A DNA stretch of 64,000 nucleotides from Octopus vulgaris (Eukaryota). Each line of letters begins with the position of its first letter. The stretch's first letter is position 1. The position numbers and the translations under genes were made by a program. Below the pieces are notes generated by a model, which worked only from the letters and a program-made list of their open reading frames with translations, was not told the origin of the DNA and ran no database searches. Location of the stretch: assembly GCA_951406725.2 (NCBI GenBank), contig OX597824.1, forward strand, positions 34,162,001 through 34,226,000. The letters are read 5' to 3'. Positions 1 through 12,626 of the stretch are shown one piece after another.

Positions 1-2922
1 TGTATTACCAGCAGGATATATAAATTTTAGATCCATGCTTTCAAATTTGTAGCATAATTTATTACAGCTAAATGTCTCAAGCATGTTGGCTAGTAGGTAC
101 TGCATTTGATGGTTTTTGAGATCCTTTTTCTCAAAGAAAATGTCTCCAAAAAAAAAAAAGTCTCCAAAAAAAAACAACCCCACCTATAGAGAAGCTGGGC
201 CTATACTTCAGGCTTTAATGCTCTAAAACATTTAACTCCTGAGTAAGTGCTACTGAAATTGGGATGTCTAATATGCTCTTGCATTTTTTAAGCCATCAAA
301 TACAATTAATTTTAAGTTACCCTGCCCTCATCCCATAGTTAAATGAACTTCAGCAAACCAATGTGAAAATGTTTAGATATCACCACCACCATTGCCACTC
401 TTTTTCTACCATGTCTATATACATCAGTTTCTTTAGATTTACAGTTGAAACATTAACACTTATAATTCAATGAAGTAACCAGGGTTATTTTATTTCGGGC
501 CTCTTTACAACATAGACTACAGGGTTGTTAGCTGTGATTGAAGGCTCCCATGGTTTGCTTTTAAAACATTTTTGTATTTTAGTCATTGGCATGGTTGGAT
601 CTAGGTGTCCGTATTATTTTGATCATTCATTGTATCCTCAGTCAGCTATCAGGAATTAATTTTAGGAAAATATTTCACTTGCCAAATATCACTACTTGGA
701 AGGAATATTTCTAAAATAAAGTAAGCTGAAATTACATTTGTTGTGTAGTTTTAATATTTCATGTTTTTTCCCCCTTCATATCTTAATATTTCTATACTTT
801 TTCACCAATCATTTCACTCTTGTAGGACCATTCATTATCAAGATAAATTTGTCAGTCTGTTGACTCATTCTTTCACTGTTATGTTTATAAATTATTAGTA
901 TGCTTAGTAATAATTGTGTGTCTATTTGTCTTATCTATTTTCTGCATGTTACTGCACAAGCCTGCTGCACCTCCCCAGTCCCCAAATAGTAATGGTGTGT
1001 TCTCCTTGAATATCATTGGTGTCCACAGGACTAGTATTTTTTTTTCTTTCTCAATTTACTGAAGTCTATTTATCAATTGTTTGTTCATTATCTCCATTCT
1101 AATTATGAGGATTTAAATTTATGTTGTGTAATGTCTGAATATTATTGTCATTGAGATCATATCCAAACCATCTACCATAAGCATTTTCTTTGAAGGAATT
1201 TTCTTTTTCTAGGCAGATTTCTCTACCATAATCAGTGTTTCTCATTTCATCTTTATATCCTGAGCTCTTCCAAACACCATTTTTTTTTTTTGTTTTTGTT
1301 TGTTGTATATTTGACAGATGTTAGAATGTGCTGGTGGTTGATTAGTACAAGTGACATTTTCAATGTTTTGTACTATTAATATTTTGAGGTAAGCTAGCCC
1401 AGAAACTGTGCTGCTCAAGTCTCATCATCATTTCACTTGTGTTCCATGTAAAATAAATGACAATCATCATGGATTCATTCTTCACCTGTAATGTATATGA
1501 ATATTAAGTTATTTGACATATCAATCCCTTGCATGTCATATGAAAATCAGGACTTTTAATAAATATAACTTAAATAGTCTAAGACACTCTTATAGAATAA
1601 CTTTTCCAACTATTAACCTCACCTTGAGAAAGGTTGTTGAAAAGAATATTTGTCAAGTTTCAATATTTCGCTGTTATCAGGTGTCTTATTCTTGAGCATG
1701 TATGTATTACCAAAGTGGATTAGAACTAGGAACTTCAATCTTTAAATTGAGTAATAACATTTATTCACTAGGCCACTGATGCATACACAATTGTTATATT
1801 TTCTCATTGTTTAAATTTATCTTTCAGTAAAGTTGGCATCTAAAGGTCAGAATAGAGGAACTTTGGAAATCTTAATGAGAGGAGAAACAGCTAAGTGAGG
1901 AATGGTTGAATGCGTATGGTACAAGAAAGGAAACATATACTACTACGGAAGGAAATTTCTGTAATTGATGAAAAAAAAATGGAAACTTCTGTATATGATG
2001 TTTAATAGTAATCCAGTCAGTTATCTCACTGTTGATATTGGATCAATATGACTACCTTTCCTGAAAGATAAATTTAAGTAGCAATAAAATATAACAATAC
2101 ATATGTTTAATGGGCAAGTGTTGTTATCCTTAGAAGTAGAGGCTTCTAGCTCAAATCCTATTTTGTATTATATCGCTGCATGTCACAATGCGCTTCCTTG
2201 CACTGTTGTAGCTTTCAAATGATGCCACCCTGCTGTCTTGGTAGGCAGGCCAACATTTCCCTTGATTGGAATGCTAGTCCATCGCTTGTTACCCATTTAC
2301 GGCTGCGTAGAATGGAGCAATGTGAAATGAAGTGTTTTGCTCACAAACACAACACATTGGCAGTCTGGGGATCAAAACAATGATCTTGTGGTTGTGAGGG
2401 TAAGACCCTAACCACTAAATCATGCACCTATATGCCTTCACACACACACGCATATATACATATATATATCCAGGAATGTCACCTCCTAGCAATTAGAGAG
2501 GGAAACTGTAGATATAAATTTTTTTTAAATATTTCATCTCACTAAAAACTCATCTTGGACATTAAGGTGTCTAGGTTTAGCTCTTGTTTTCATTCGATAT
2601 CTTAATTTGGTGCCACATAAAAATTACCCAGTGCACACTGTAAAATGGTTGGCATTAGGGGGGCAATCTAGCCATAGAAAGTCTGCTAAAACAGAGAATT
2701 GTAGCCTGGGCAGCTCTTCCAGCTGGCAAGCTCCTTTCAAACTGTCCAACTCCTGTCGGCATGGAAAATGAACATTAAATGATGATTTGCAAGAAATTTG
2801 AATCACCTGAGAACATTTCAGACACATTCCTTTCATTATCTGAAGATGAAATTAATCACAAAAAAAAAGAGGATTCCACCCCAACCCCTGTAATATAAAA
2901 TCTTAATATATTTAAGCTTTAA

Positions 2923-3105
2923 CCCTTTAGCATTCAGATTACTGTCAAATGCAATGCCTATTTCACATTGCTTTGAATTGATCATGCAATATCTTGTAGC
3001 TTCGAGATTTCAATGATGTAGGGTTGGTGTGAGAGGCTAAATCTGGCCAATTTGAAAATAAATCAGAATATTCGGGCCAATTTAGCCAGTTTAAATGCTA
3101 AAGGA
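2923..3105. mobile_element. piggyBac-type MITE (TTAA TSD, CCCTTTAGCATT TIR)
   Basis: ttaa|ccctttagcatt...aatgctaaagga|ttaa. The same family occurs at 22352-22549 and 62772-62983, with partial copies at about 37670, 44370-44525 and 60430-60648. Confidence 0.75.
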
Positions 3106-3573
3106 TTAATTTCTGAAACTTAGTAACTCCTAGACTTTGGTTTACATGTGTGTACATGTGGCTGTGTGTGCATGTGTGTCTGTATCTGAATAGATGTGTA
3201 TATTTGGATGTATGAACATAATCCACTCACAAGACTTTGTCTGAGCTTGGTATTGTAGTGGAAGAAACTTGTTCAAGTTGCTACAAAGTGGGACTGAACC
3301 TGAAGCTAGGTGGTTTGAAGGCAAACTTCTTAACCAGACATCAATATCTGTATGTAGTGTCTTTGTGTTTATGTATGTGTATATATTGGTACATGTGTAT
3401 GTTTATATGATGCATGAATGTATGCATACATGTGTGCTGTGTATATGTGTGTATAGATATGTGTAAATCTATAGTTGTATGTGCATGTACATACGCAATA
3501 TGTATATATGTATCGTGTCTGTATATATGTAAGTAACTCTGTGTGTGTGTGTGTGTGTATATATATATACATA

Positions 3574-4607
3574 TACAGATGTTGGTCAACACTGATGGAA
3601 ACAATTTAAAAGTGCTTTGTTAATATGAAGTTGGTCCACCTCACCTTGAGGAATTGACTTGTATAGGTTCTGAGTGGTTGCTGGGGGAAATTTTGAGCAA
3701 TTCTTCTAGTAAAACCTATTTTGGTTCTTTCAGTGATGATGGAGAGAAGCAGCTCCAAAATGCCCATAAATGTTCATTTATATTGCGATCTGGTGATTGT
3801 AGGAACTAATCCATATAGTCTGCTTCATTTTTGAACTCTTCATATCAAATTAGCCATGTGAATTGTTTTATCTTGAAAGATTGTGCTACCATTAGAGACT
3901 AACGTTTGTACCATTGGATAGACATGATCAACCAAAATACTGAGATAATTATCGGCATTAATTCTGCCATGTAGAATAACTAAAGTGCCTAGAGAATTCC
4001 ATAAGGCTGTCCAAATCATCACAGAGGTATTTTTATGCCATACAGTCAAGTTTATCTGGGCTGTCTTCAGACAAATTTGCTTCAAAATGGAGAAAAGAGG
4101 TGAATGATGGTTCGTTGGAAAAGATATTGTTCCATTGAGCCATTCTGGAAGTCTTTCATGATGTCCAGCTTTATGGAACTCACAACAAATGGTTTTGGGT
4201 AACACAGGGTTGGCTCTGCTGTCATTTTTACTGCCGTATTCCCTCTCTCTGAGTTTTTCCTTCTGTCCAGAATTACGCTTGTCAGATCTGGTTTGATCTT
4301 GGTTTTGGAATGCCAACATGATTTTAAGAGACTATCTCTAGAAATATTAAGCAATTCAGCAGTTTTAGTGACAGAAATTCCAACCTTCTCTGTTCCAACA
4401 ATTTGTCCTCTTCGGAAATCAGACATGTCATGCATTTTAACTTATTTAAATATAAATACCTGCAAAAAAAAAAAAAAAAAAGGCCATGTCATGAAGTACA
4501 AGGCATACATAATGCATATGGACGCATACATATATACTAGATCAGTTTTGAATTTGTCATATTACCAATAGAAAAAATGTTTCCATTATTTTGTCCAACT
4601 CATCAAT
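3574..4607 (-). mobile_element. Degenerate Tc1/mariner DNA transposon
   Basis: Frameshifted transposase: HTH part SDFRRGQIVG...SVTKTAELLNISR and DDE part SVMIW...GTLVILHGRINADNYLSIL...IFQD. Degenerate TIRs gatgttggtcaacactgatggaaaca (about 3578-3603) and tgtttccattattttgtccaactcatc (about 4578-4604). Confidence 0.85.
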
Positions 4608-7039
4608 GTGTATGTACATATTATGTTCATATATCTACATGCATACTTTATGTATTTTTTGTGTGTGTGTATGTACATATGTTTATATGTAATTATACTT
4701 ATTCATGTATAAATATGATTATATGTAATTATGTGTGTGTAAATATATAAAATGTTGATATAAATACATTACCTGCTTCCCTGCATATCTCTTCCTCTCA
4801 ATGCAAGTTTTTAAGACTATTTCTATGATTGCAATATTTGTAATTGAGAATTAGTACTCAATTGTCAGTTGAAAATATTGTACTTATGACCAATCTGCTT
4901 TATCCCATACTGCATCTTTCCATCTTCCTTTCTTTTACTTGGTTTGTAGAGTAAAATTGATATGACTTAATGTTAGTCTGGATAACTTGCTATGACTTAG
5001 CAATCCAAGTATTTTAGTTATCAGTTTTTATTATAAATCTGTTAAATGTTATACAGAATTTCTGTCATCAGTGTTGTTATTATTACTACCTTCTAATTGG
5101 CTGGAATAAATATTTTCCATTAAATTGTGTATATATTTATTGTAGCTGTTTTGAAAATCTGTTCAAATTTTAGTTGTAAGTTTCAAAATCGGTTCGTCAG
5201 ATTTATTCCAAGTTGATGGATCCACTGCACATTTTGTGTTCATTTGCTACCACCAATCCTTAATCATTACCAATTTTTAGTTTTGTTTTACTTTTACACT
5301 GGCATTATTAAAACAATGCCACAGTCTTTGGTTAATGAGGCATATTTTGTAGCAATCATTGCCTACCCTTGTCTCTTTTCACATTCTTGAAGGTTCTTAA
5401 TTACTTTTTGTCAGATGCCTCAAACCTGCTGTTCCTTCCGTCGTTCAGGTGCATTTAAACATCCAAAGTAAACTATATCTGGGTATGTACAGTCTCTTGT
5501 CTGCTGTGACGTGTAATACACTTTGTCAGCTACCTGCTTATTGCCTATTTTCAAGTCAAATCTCTTCTATCCGCAGATTTTTTTCCTTTTCGTTTTTATG
5601 GAAATTGTTATTACAGAAAAACTATTTAAAATTTTTACTGTTTAATGAAAATAATGTAGGCATTTTTGTTGCTTTCATTTTATTTGCTATTCAATGTAAG
5701 TACTTCAGTTTTCACTTGTGCTATTTTCTTACAGCTCAAAATTTCCTGTATCAAAATTATTTTCAAGGATTATTTGCTTATTGTCTTTTCCTTTTTTCCT
5801 CCCATCCTCTCCATTTTTTTAAGTGTAAATGCTATGGCTTACATTTGTAGAGAAGAATTGTACAAGTAGGAATAAAAGTTAAGTGACTTCAGTTTAAATA
5901 TATTATTTCTAAACTAGATTAGATGATAAAAGAAATTTGGATTTGTTTTCACTTTTCTTTTTATTTTTGATGTGAACATTTTTTCCTTCTCTTTTTCAAA
6001 TGCCTGGAAGGCTCATCAGCAATTGTTGACAGATTGTGTTACCTGAGTGACAGGTAATCTGCAGTGAAGGTTGGGTCAGACCTAGAACCACACAGTAATA
6101 CCTGCACAACCCATATTAGTCTATAAGAAAACAAAGTATAAACATGTCTAAATTTGTCAAATTTTAAATAGGTCAGTTATCAAGTGGTTGATATGAGGTT
6201 TGCTATTAAATTTCTTTCCATAACTAATGAGAGAGAAAAATTAAACTACAAATGTTGCTATAACTATCACTAGCTGAACAACCTTAATCTTCATTATATA
6301 ACAATTTTACTGCAAATAGCTAGTTGAGGTTTTAAGATATTGAGCCATGGTGATTAAACTTGTTTGAATTAGCTTAGTCTGTACTGTAGTTTTTTGTACT
6401 CTTAACATTGGAAAAGGTATTTCAATAACATAGCTTTACTATCTACAATTGTAGCTTGAATGAGGCCAAATAAAAGATAAACTTGATTTGTGGAGGAATT
6501 GAGCTTCCACTAATTTTGTTACAAATTCTAGTCCTTCAAGTAACAACTGTTCAGAATTAAATGTTTGTGGTGATGGTGGTTGAAGATCTTCAATATTTTA
6601 AAACTTACTATTCAAAGATGCTGGTTAGCTACAGTAAATATCAACCCCTGGACATAACTGTCTTGAGTACTTGGATGCATGAGGCCAGTTACTTGGTTTC
6701 CATGTTGTACAAGTGACCAAGATCACAACATTGCCTCCTGAATGGGGTGCTAGTTTGTTGCAGGGTTCCTCATTTGCAGTTGAGTGAACTAGAACAATGT
6801 GAAATGAAGTGTTTTGCCCAACACAACACAATGCACTGCCAGGTCCAGGAATTAACACCACCCTAATCACTAGTGACTTCATCTAGTTGGTTGCAGAGGG
6901 CCACAGTAAGTCTTATGATCTTCCATAATCCTTTAAAGAACAACTTTGTGTTATGGGTGAGGTTTGTGATATGAGCAGAAAAAGTAAAAGCTATTACCTT
7001 TTCATATAATTAATATCTCTGAAGATTGTGTAGTTGTTT

Positions 7040-7308
7040 AGCAGTAATAAGTGAGGAGAAATATACATATATGCAATAGCGGAATAAGTGAGGAGGGATG
7101 TACGTATATGGAGTAGCAGAATAAGTGAAGAGGGATGTATGTATATGGCATAGCAGAATAAGTGAAGAGGGATGTATGTATATGGCATAGCGGAATAAGT
7201 GAAGAGGGATGTACGTATATGGAGTAGTGGAATAATTGAAGGGGGATGTACGTATATGGAGTAGCGGAATAAGTGAGGTGGGATGTATGTATATGGAGTA
7301 GTGGAAAG
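7040..7308. repeat. 37-bp minisatellite, about 7 copies
   Basis: Unit gaataagtgaagagggatgtacgtatatggagtagcg recurs at about 7082, 7119, 7156, 7193, 7230 and 7267, plus a degenerate first copy. Confidence 0.92.
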
Positions 7309-8542
7309 GTGTGTGTGTCTTTGTATACACACATAGATAGCAGAATTAGTGTGGTCGTTTACTTGAATGACTGAGTAGAGGTGAATTGAAATATCTTAAA
7401 ACATTTTGCACAATTGTGGTTTCTTGACTTGTTCTCTGGGACCACAGATTCTCAAATGTTTTATTCTCCTTAACTTGAAGTTTTTTTCCAAAAATCTGTT
7501 AGTTATGGCATTCTACTTGAGTTTCACTTTATTCATAAACTGTGCACCATTTCTATCAGATTTATTGATGTGGTTCCTGGTCTCAGTGATCAATTAATTG
7601 CAAAAGGTTTCTTTTTTTTTTTTTTAAATTCCAAAAGCCCTGTTCACATCTATATCTATTGCTATTTAACAATACTATAGTTAAAATCAGCTGCATTAAA
7701 CATCATTTTTAATGTTAGTTTTCACAAGACCATCACTCAATCCTACCTTTTTCACCTAACATTCCCATTAGTGGATAAACCTTATATTTGGATGCTGGTA
7801 TGGCTGAGTGGTAAAGGTGTTGGCATTGCAATATTGAGGTCCTGGGTTTGATTCCACTGCATGGTACCTTAGGCAAGTGTCTTTTTACTATAACCTCAAG
7901 CTTATTCAATCCTTGTGAATGAAAATTGAAAACTCTGAAAGCCTATCAGATGTCTTGTATGAAATTCATGGGACCAATTTTGTCAAACACTGGCATACTA
8001 ATTCTGCCTGAGGATTACATTTAAAGATATACATGTCTTGAAATACTCAGTCATATATATTATAATTCTTTCAACTAATGAAATCATTGGAATATCCTCA
8101 GTGAAACCAACTGAAGTTCCATTCATTTAATTTGTTATAAATTAAGTTTATACTAATTTTAATCACTAGTATTTACACAAACCAATAAATGGTTGCTAGT
8201 CTTGCTAGAAAAAGCAACCACATCTCACTGCCATTTTTAACACAACGAATTAATGCAGTTCTTGACACAGTGTTTCTGAAGTGGGATGGTCATGAATGGA
8301 GTATTTTAATGATGGGTCTGACAAGTACAGTCTAGCACCTCTTTATATTTTCTGTGAAGATGCAAGTCACTTAGTTGTAAATATTTTCACAATTTCCACC
8401 TCTAATTACATAGGTATTAGATAGGGGAAATAGCTAGTCAGGATAGTCACTGAATTATTCAGTGATGTAGGACACTTCCTAGACACTTGCATTGCCAAAA
8501 AGGTTGTATAGAGACGTACCCTATGACTGCTATAAGGATAAA

Positions 8543-9238
8543 GAAATAGAAATAATAAATTTCTAAATATCTCAGATTTATGCAGTAGTAGTATGATAAA
8601 TTAGTTGTATATTGTCAACTTAATGTGACAGTCCCATGAAGGGAATCATACTACTACTATTTAGCTCTAGGAAGCAGCAACGCTTCCTGTTGGCCTTGAC
8701 ACGTTTCTTGTGTCCTTATGTTTGCAAGGGGGAGATAAGCACCTCCACCCAGCTAAGCCTGCATCCAGAGACTAGTTGCTGCAAACATAAGGACACAGGA
8801 AATGTGTCAAGGCCGACAGGAAGCGTTGCTGCTTCCTTGGGCTAAATAGCAGTAGTATGATTCCCTTCATGGGACTGTCACATTAAGTTGACAGTATACA
8901 ACTGCTTTATCGTACCACTACTGCATAAATCTCTCTGAGATATTTAGAAATGTATTATTTCTATTTTTGTAATCAGTGAATGTCTTTCACTAGAATTCTT
9001 GTGTTTGCAAAGGCTAGATAGGCATCTCCAACTAGCAGGCCATGCTACTCCAGACTGATGACAAGCAAAGACTCAGAAACTAGTCTCTGGATGCAGGGTT
9101 AGCTGGGTGGAGGTGCTTATCTCCCCCTTGCAAACATAAGGACACAGGAAATGTGTCATGGCCGACAGGAAGCGTTGCTGCTTCCTAGGGCTAAATAGCA
9201 GTGGTGTGATTCCCTTCATGGGACTGTCACATTAAGTT
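8543..9238. repeat. Triple inverted/direct repeat structure, probably Penelope-like terminal repeats
   Basis: About 8543-8726 is inverted at about 8780-8965. About 9078-9238 is an inverted copy of about 8617-8778. A hammerhead-like motif lies at 9049-9091. Confidence 0.8.
9049..9091 (+). ncRNA. Degenerate minimal type I hammerhead ribozyme motif
   Basis: tccaga-CTGATGA-(weak stem II)-GAAAC-ta-GTC-tctgga. Stem I is 6 bp, stem III is palindromic (actagt), stem II is poorly paired. Confidence 0.5.
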
Positions 9239-12109
9239 CAAATATTTGTTGATCTGGAGAAAACCTTGCCCTCTAGTCTAGCAGTCACTGTGAAAACTGG
9301 GTGTTGAGGTATGGCTTGTGAGTGTATGCATGCTATTGTATAGAGTTTCCATTAACTAAGGTAGGAGTTAGCAATGAGATCAGTAAGGAATTATTATAGT
9401 TCTCCAGGCCATACATAACAGTAAAGTCTGAAGACTGCTGTTATGATAGATATTAAAGACTTGAAGATCAAATTCCAAACATGGAACAATTTAAGTAAAT
9501 CTAGGAAAGAAAATCCTTTTTAATTAGCGGGAAAGAATTCAAGAGGACTCTACAGAAATGTGCTAGTTACTGAAAGAATTCTATTTGGGTGCACCCGGTG
9601 TAGTGTTGTTTGCTAACAAACTGAAAAAGACTTTGTAGAGGAATTGTTAGTAAGAAGAGCACCTTTGAAATAAAATCTCACAAGGTCCCTAGAAATCATT
9701 TATTATTTAGGGTCCTAATTATTTAGTGTTTGTAGTTCTGAAAGCATAGTATTCCGAGTAAGAGTAGTGGGGAAAGGAATTCTCTGTGCAACTGAAGAAT
9801 AAAATTGTTTGTTGCTTGTGGACAGTTGAATGTGGAAGATGTGCTGAAGCTGGAAAAAAATGAGGTGGGCATGTTCTATTGGTTGGTTGGTTGATGTTAG
9901 CATGTATGGATGATAAAATACAAATCAGCTTCGAGAAGAATTAAGAAAAATGGAATTGGATTAGTGTGGTTAGGATGTGTGATATGTCATGTATATGAGT
10001 GTTCAATAACAATGACTGTTTTCCAAAATTTAGTTTCAGAATGAATCTACAATTTCAATAACATTTCTCTTAAAATATATATTTTCTCTTTAAGCACCAG
10101 TGGTAGTTCCACATAAAAGGCAGTGCTGGCCACACGTAAAAGGCACTCAGTAAACTCTGTATAGTGGTTGGTGTTAGGAAGGACATCCAGCTGTAGAAAC
10201 TATGCCAAAACAGACAGAGCCTGGTGCAGCTCTCCAGCATGGAAAATAGATAATAAATGATAATGTCTACAGATTTTATGGATTTCATACATTGTCACTC
10301 AAGCATTACAATAGTTGCATATTTTACCTCTTTAAAATATTTTCTATTCTGAAAAAATAATACTTCAGAAATTATGACTTTCAAGTGTTAAACTTTTAGA
10401 TTGACACAATTTAGTTGTGAGAACATAATTTTATATAAAATATTTTTATGTATTTGCTTCAGTGTTTGACCCAAGTTAACTTGTTAGTGTAATGAAGCAA
10501 CAAAAGTGTCTCAGCTGATAAATTGAATCACTCTCTAATTATACTCTACTACTGTCTGAAAGGATATGTTGAGTAATAATGTAGTTGTGATGTACACTGC
10601 TTAATGTAAAAGGATCATCATTGCTGATTTGGGGAACTAAATAACTGGTATTCCTGACTAGTTATGTCTCAGTACATTATTATAGTTAACTAATCCATGC
10701 ACTGTCTGGACTAGTTATTTCCTAAATAATCACTTTAGCTAAACTACTGATGAATCATCAGTGCAGTCTATACTCCTTGTTAAAATGTTAACTAAACATT
10801 GCACCTAATACATTAAACATATGAATGGACTGCATAATTCAGATGCCATGATAATTCCTATGTATCAAATAATCTGCATTTTTCATAGTAATGGACAGCT
10901 TTCTTTTCCTTAGAGTTTTGTCCACTTTTTTTCCATTCCATTGTTATGACCAATTGGCTTCTTTTAAAAAGACAGTCAGTAGCAATAGTTCTTCATACTT
11001 TATTAATGTTTCTTGTTACCCCATTCTCTAAGAGGTTATATAAATCATCTTTTATGAGCCTGGTACATATTCTATCAGTCTCTTTTCCCTAACTACTAAG
11101 TTATGGGGAATGTCCACCACACACACGCACACACAGGTGTTTTCAGTTTGTAGCAAATCCACTCAAGGGTGTGGTTGACCCAAGGCTATAGTAGAAAACA
11201 TCTGCCCAAGGTGCCATGCAGTGGGACTGAACAAAGAACCGTGTGACTGGGAAGCAAACTTCGTACCACACAGCTATGCCTGTGCCTATAGAAAGAACTT
11301 TCACAAAGCTAAACATAAACCTGTTCCACAAGATAAATGTATTTGTTTTCTCAAGTCCATTTTCTGCAGCTCTTTGGCAAATGGCACAGAATATTTTGTG
11401 TTGAAACTTCCATGCCATATGGTGTCACATTAAAATTTTGGGTTACTCTCCTCGTATTTCATGACTTGGTCTATAAGTTTTTACTGTTTTAGTATGTTCT
11501 TGTGAATAACCAATATATCAGCTACTGAGACTACAATCCTATCAGTGATGAATATAATTCCATTCCAAACTGACTTAGTTTTCAGTATATATATATATTG
11601 TTACTATACTTAGATCTGTTTTCCAACATTTATCTTAAATTAACTTGCTTGCTTTTTGTTCTAGAAAACTATACAGCAAGTTTATGATCTTTCCTGCTTC
11701 CACCTTCTATAAATTGATTACATTTTAGGATTAAAGTGTTTCAAAACTGATGTTGTTTTAAGACATACTAATTAGATTTACTATTCATTTTTTTTTTTAA
11801 ATTTCATTAAAGACCTGAAAACCTTCAGGATTCATTGCAACATTAGTTCCATTTTGCTCAATCTGTTTTACAATAGAGAGTATCTGTGATTTATGTGCGG
11901 ACAGTTGTTTGGGTGAGGTTGGATATAACTTAGACTTCAGCACATTTTAACATTCCTTATTTCATTAAACCATCAAAGACTTTTTTTATCATTTGGTTAA
12001 TTATTTATCAATGATAATTTGTAAATGTATATTTGTCTATAATTCACAGCAGGAGCAGTTTCCATTGCTTTTTCTAAAACCCTTCCCCCAAGTTTGAGGA
12101 ATGTTATTT

Positions 12110-12626
12110 GCTGGTAGGGACACTATTTTGTTTTACAACCATAATATACTACCATGTATATTAAAGGTTTATAAGTTCATACTGTCCTACTTGTGTTAGC
12201 AGTGCATTGTTTTCATTTTTAAATTTATCTCAACATATTTTTTTTTATGGAATTTAAAGCCAGTGGTGAAAGTTACATTCCATATGTGAATATGTCTATG
12301 TAACCAATGTGACCAAAGTTAGAAAATAATGGGTGTATATGCATATTTCAGGAGCTTTTGCTCCTTTTTCAGCACCACATCCAACCCTTTAATTATCTAC
12401 AAATTCATTGATTAAATAGCCACTAAGTTTAGCGGTGTAACACTGTTGGATAGACCAGTTTACGTATTAAATACATTCCTGGCAACTGCTGCGTAAATAT
12501 TAATTGCTAGTAGGGATACAGTTTTTGTTTTGCAACCATAGTATACTACTAAATGTATTAAAGGTTTATAATCAATACTGCATCCTGCTTTTGTGTTAGC
12601 AGTGTTTAGTTTTCATTTTTAAATTC
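12110..12626. repeat. Two diverged direct repeats of about 115 bp, each able to fold
   Basis: gct.gtagggaca..ttttgtttt.caaccata.tatacta...tattaaaggtttataa...tgtgttagcagtg..gttttcatttttaaatt at about 12110-12226 and about 12506-12626. Confidence 0.8.

Noticed and set aside
6994-7334. 37-bp repeat array resembling CRISPR, with ORFs in three frames
   Set aside because: Head-to-tail units with no unique spacers, no cas genes, and a eukaryotic context. It is a minisatellite.
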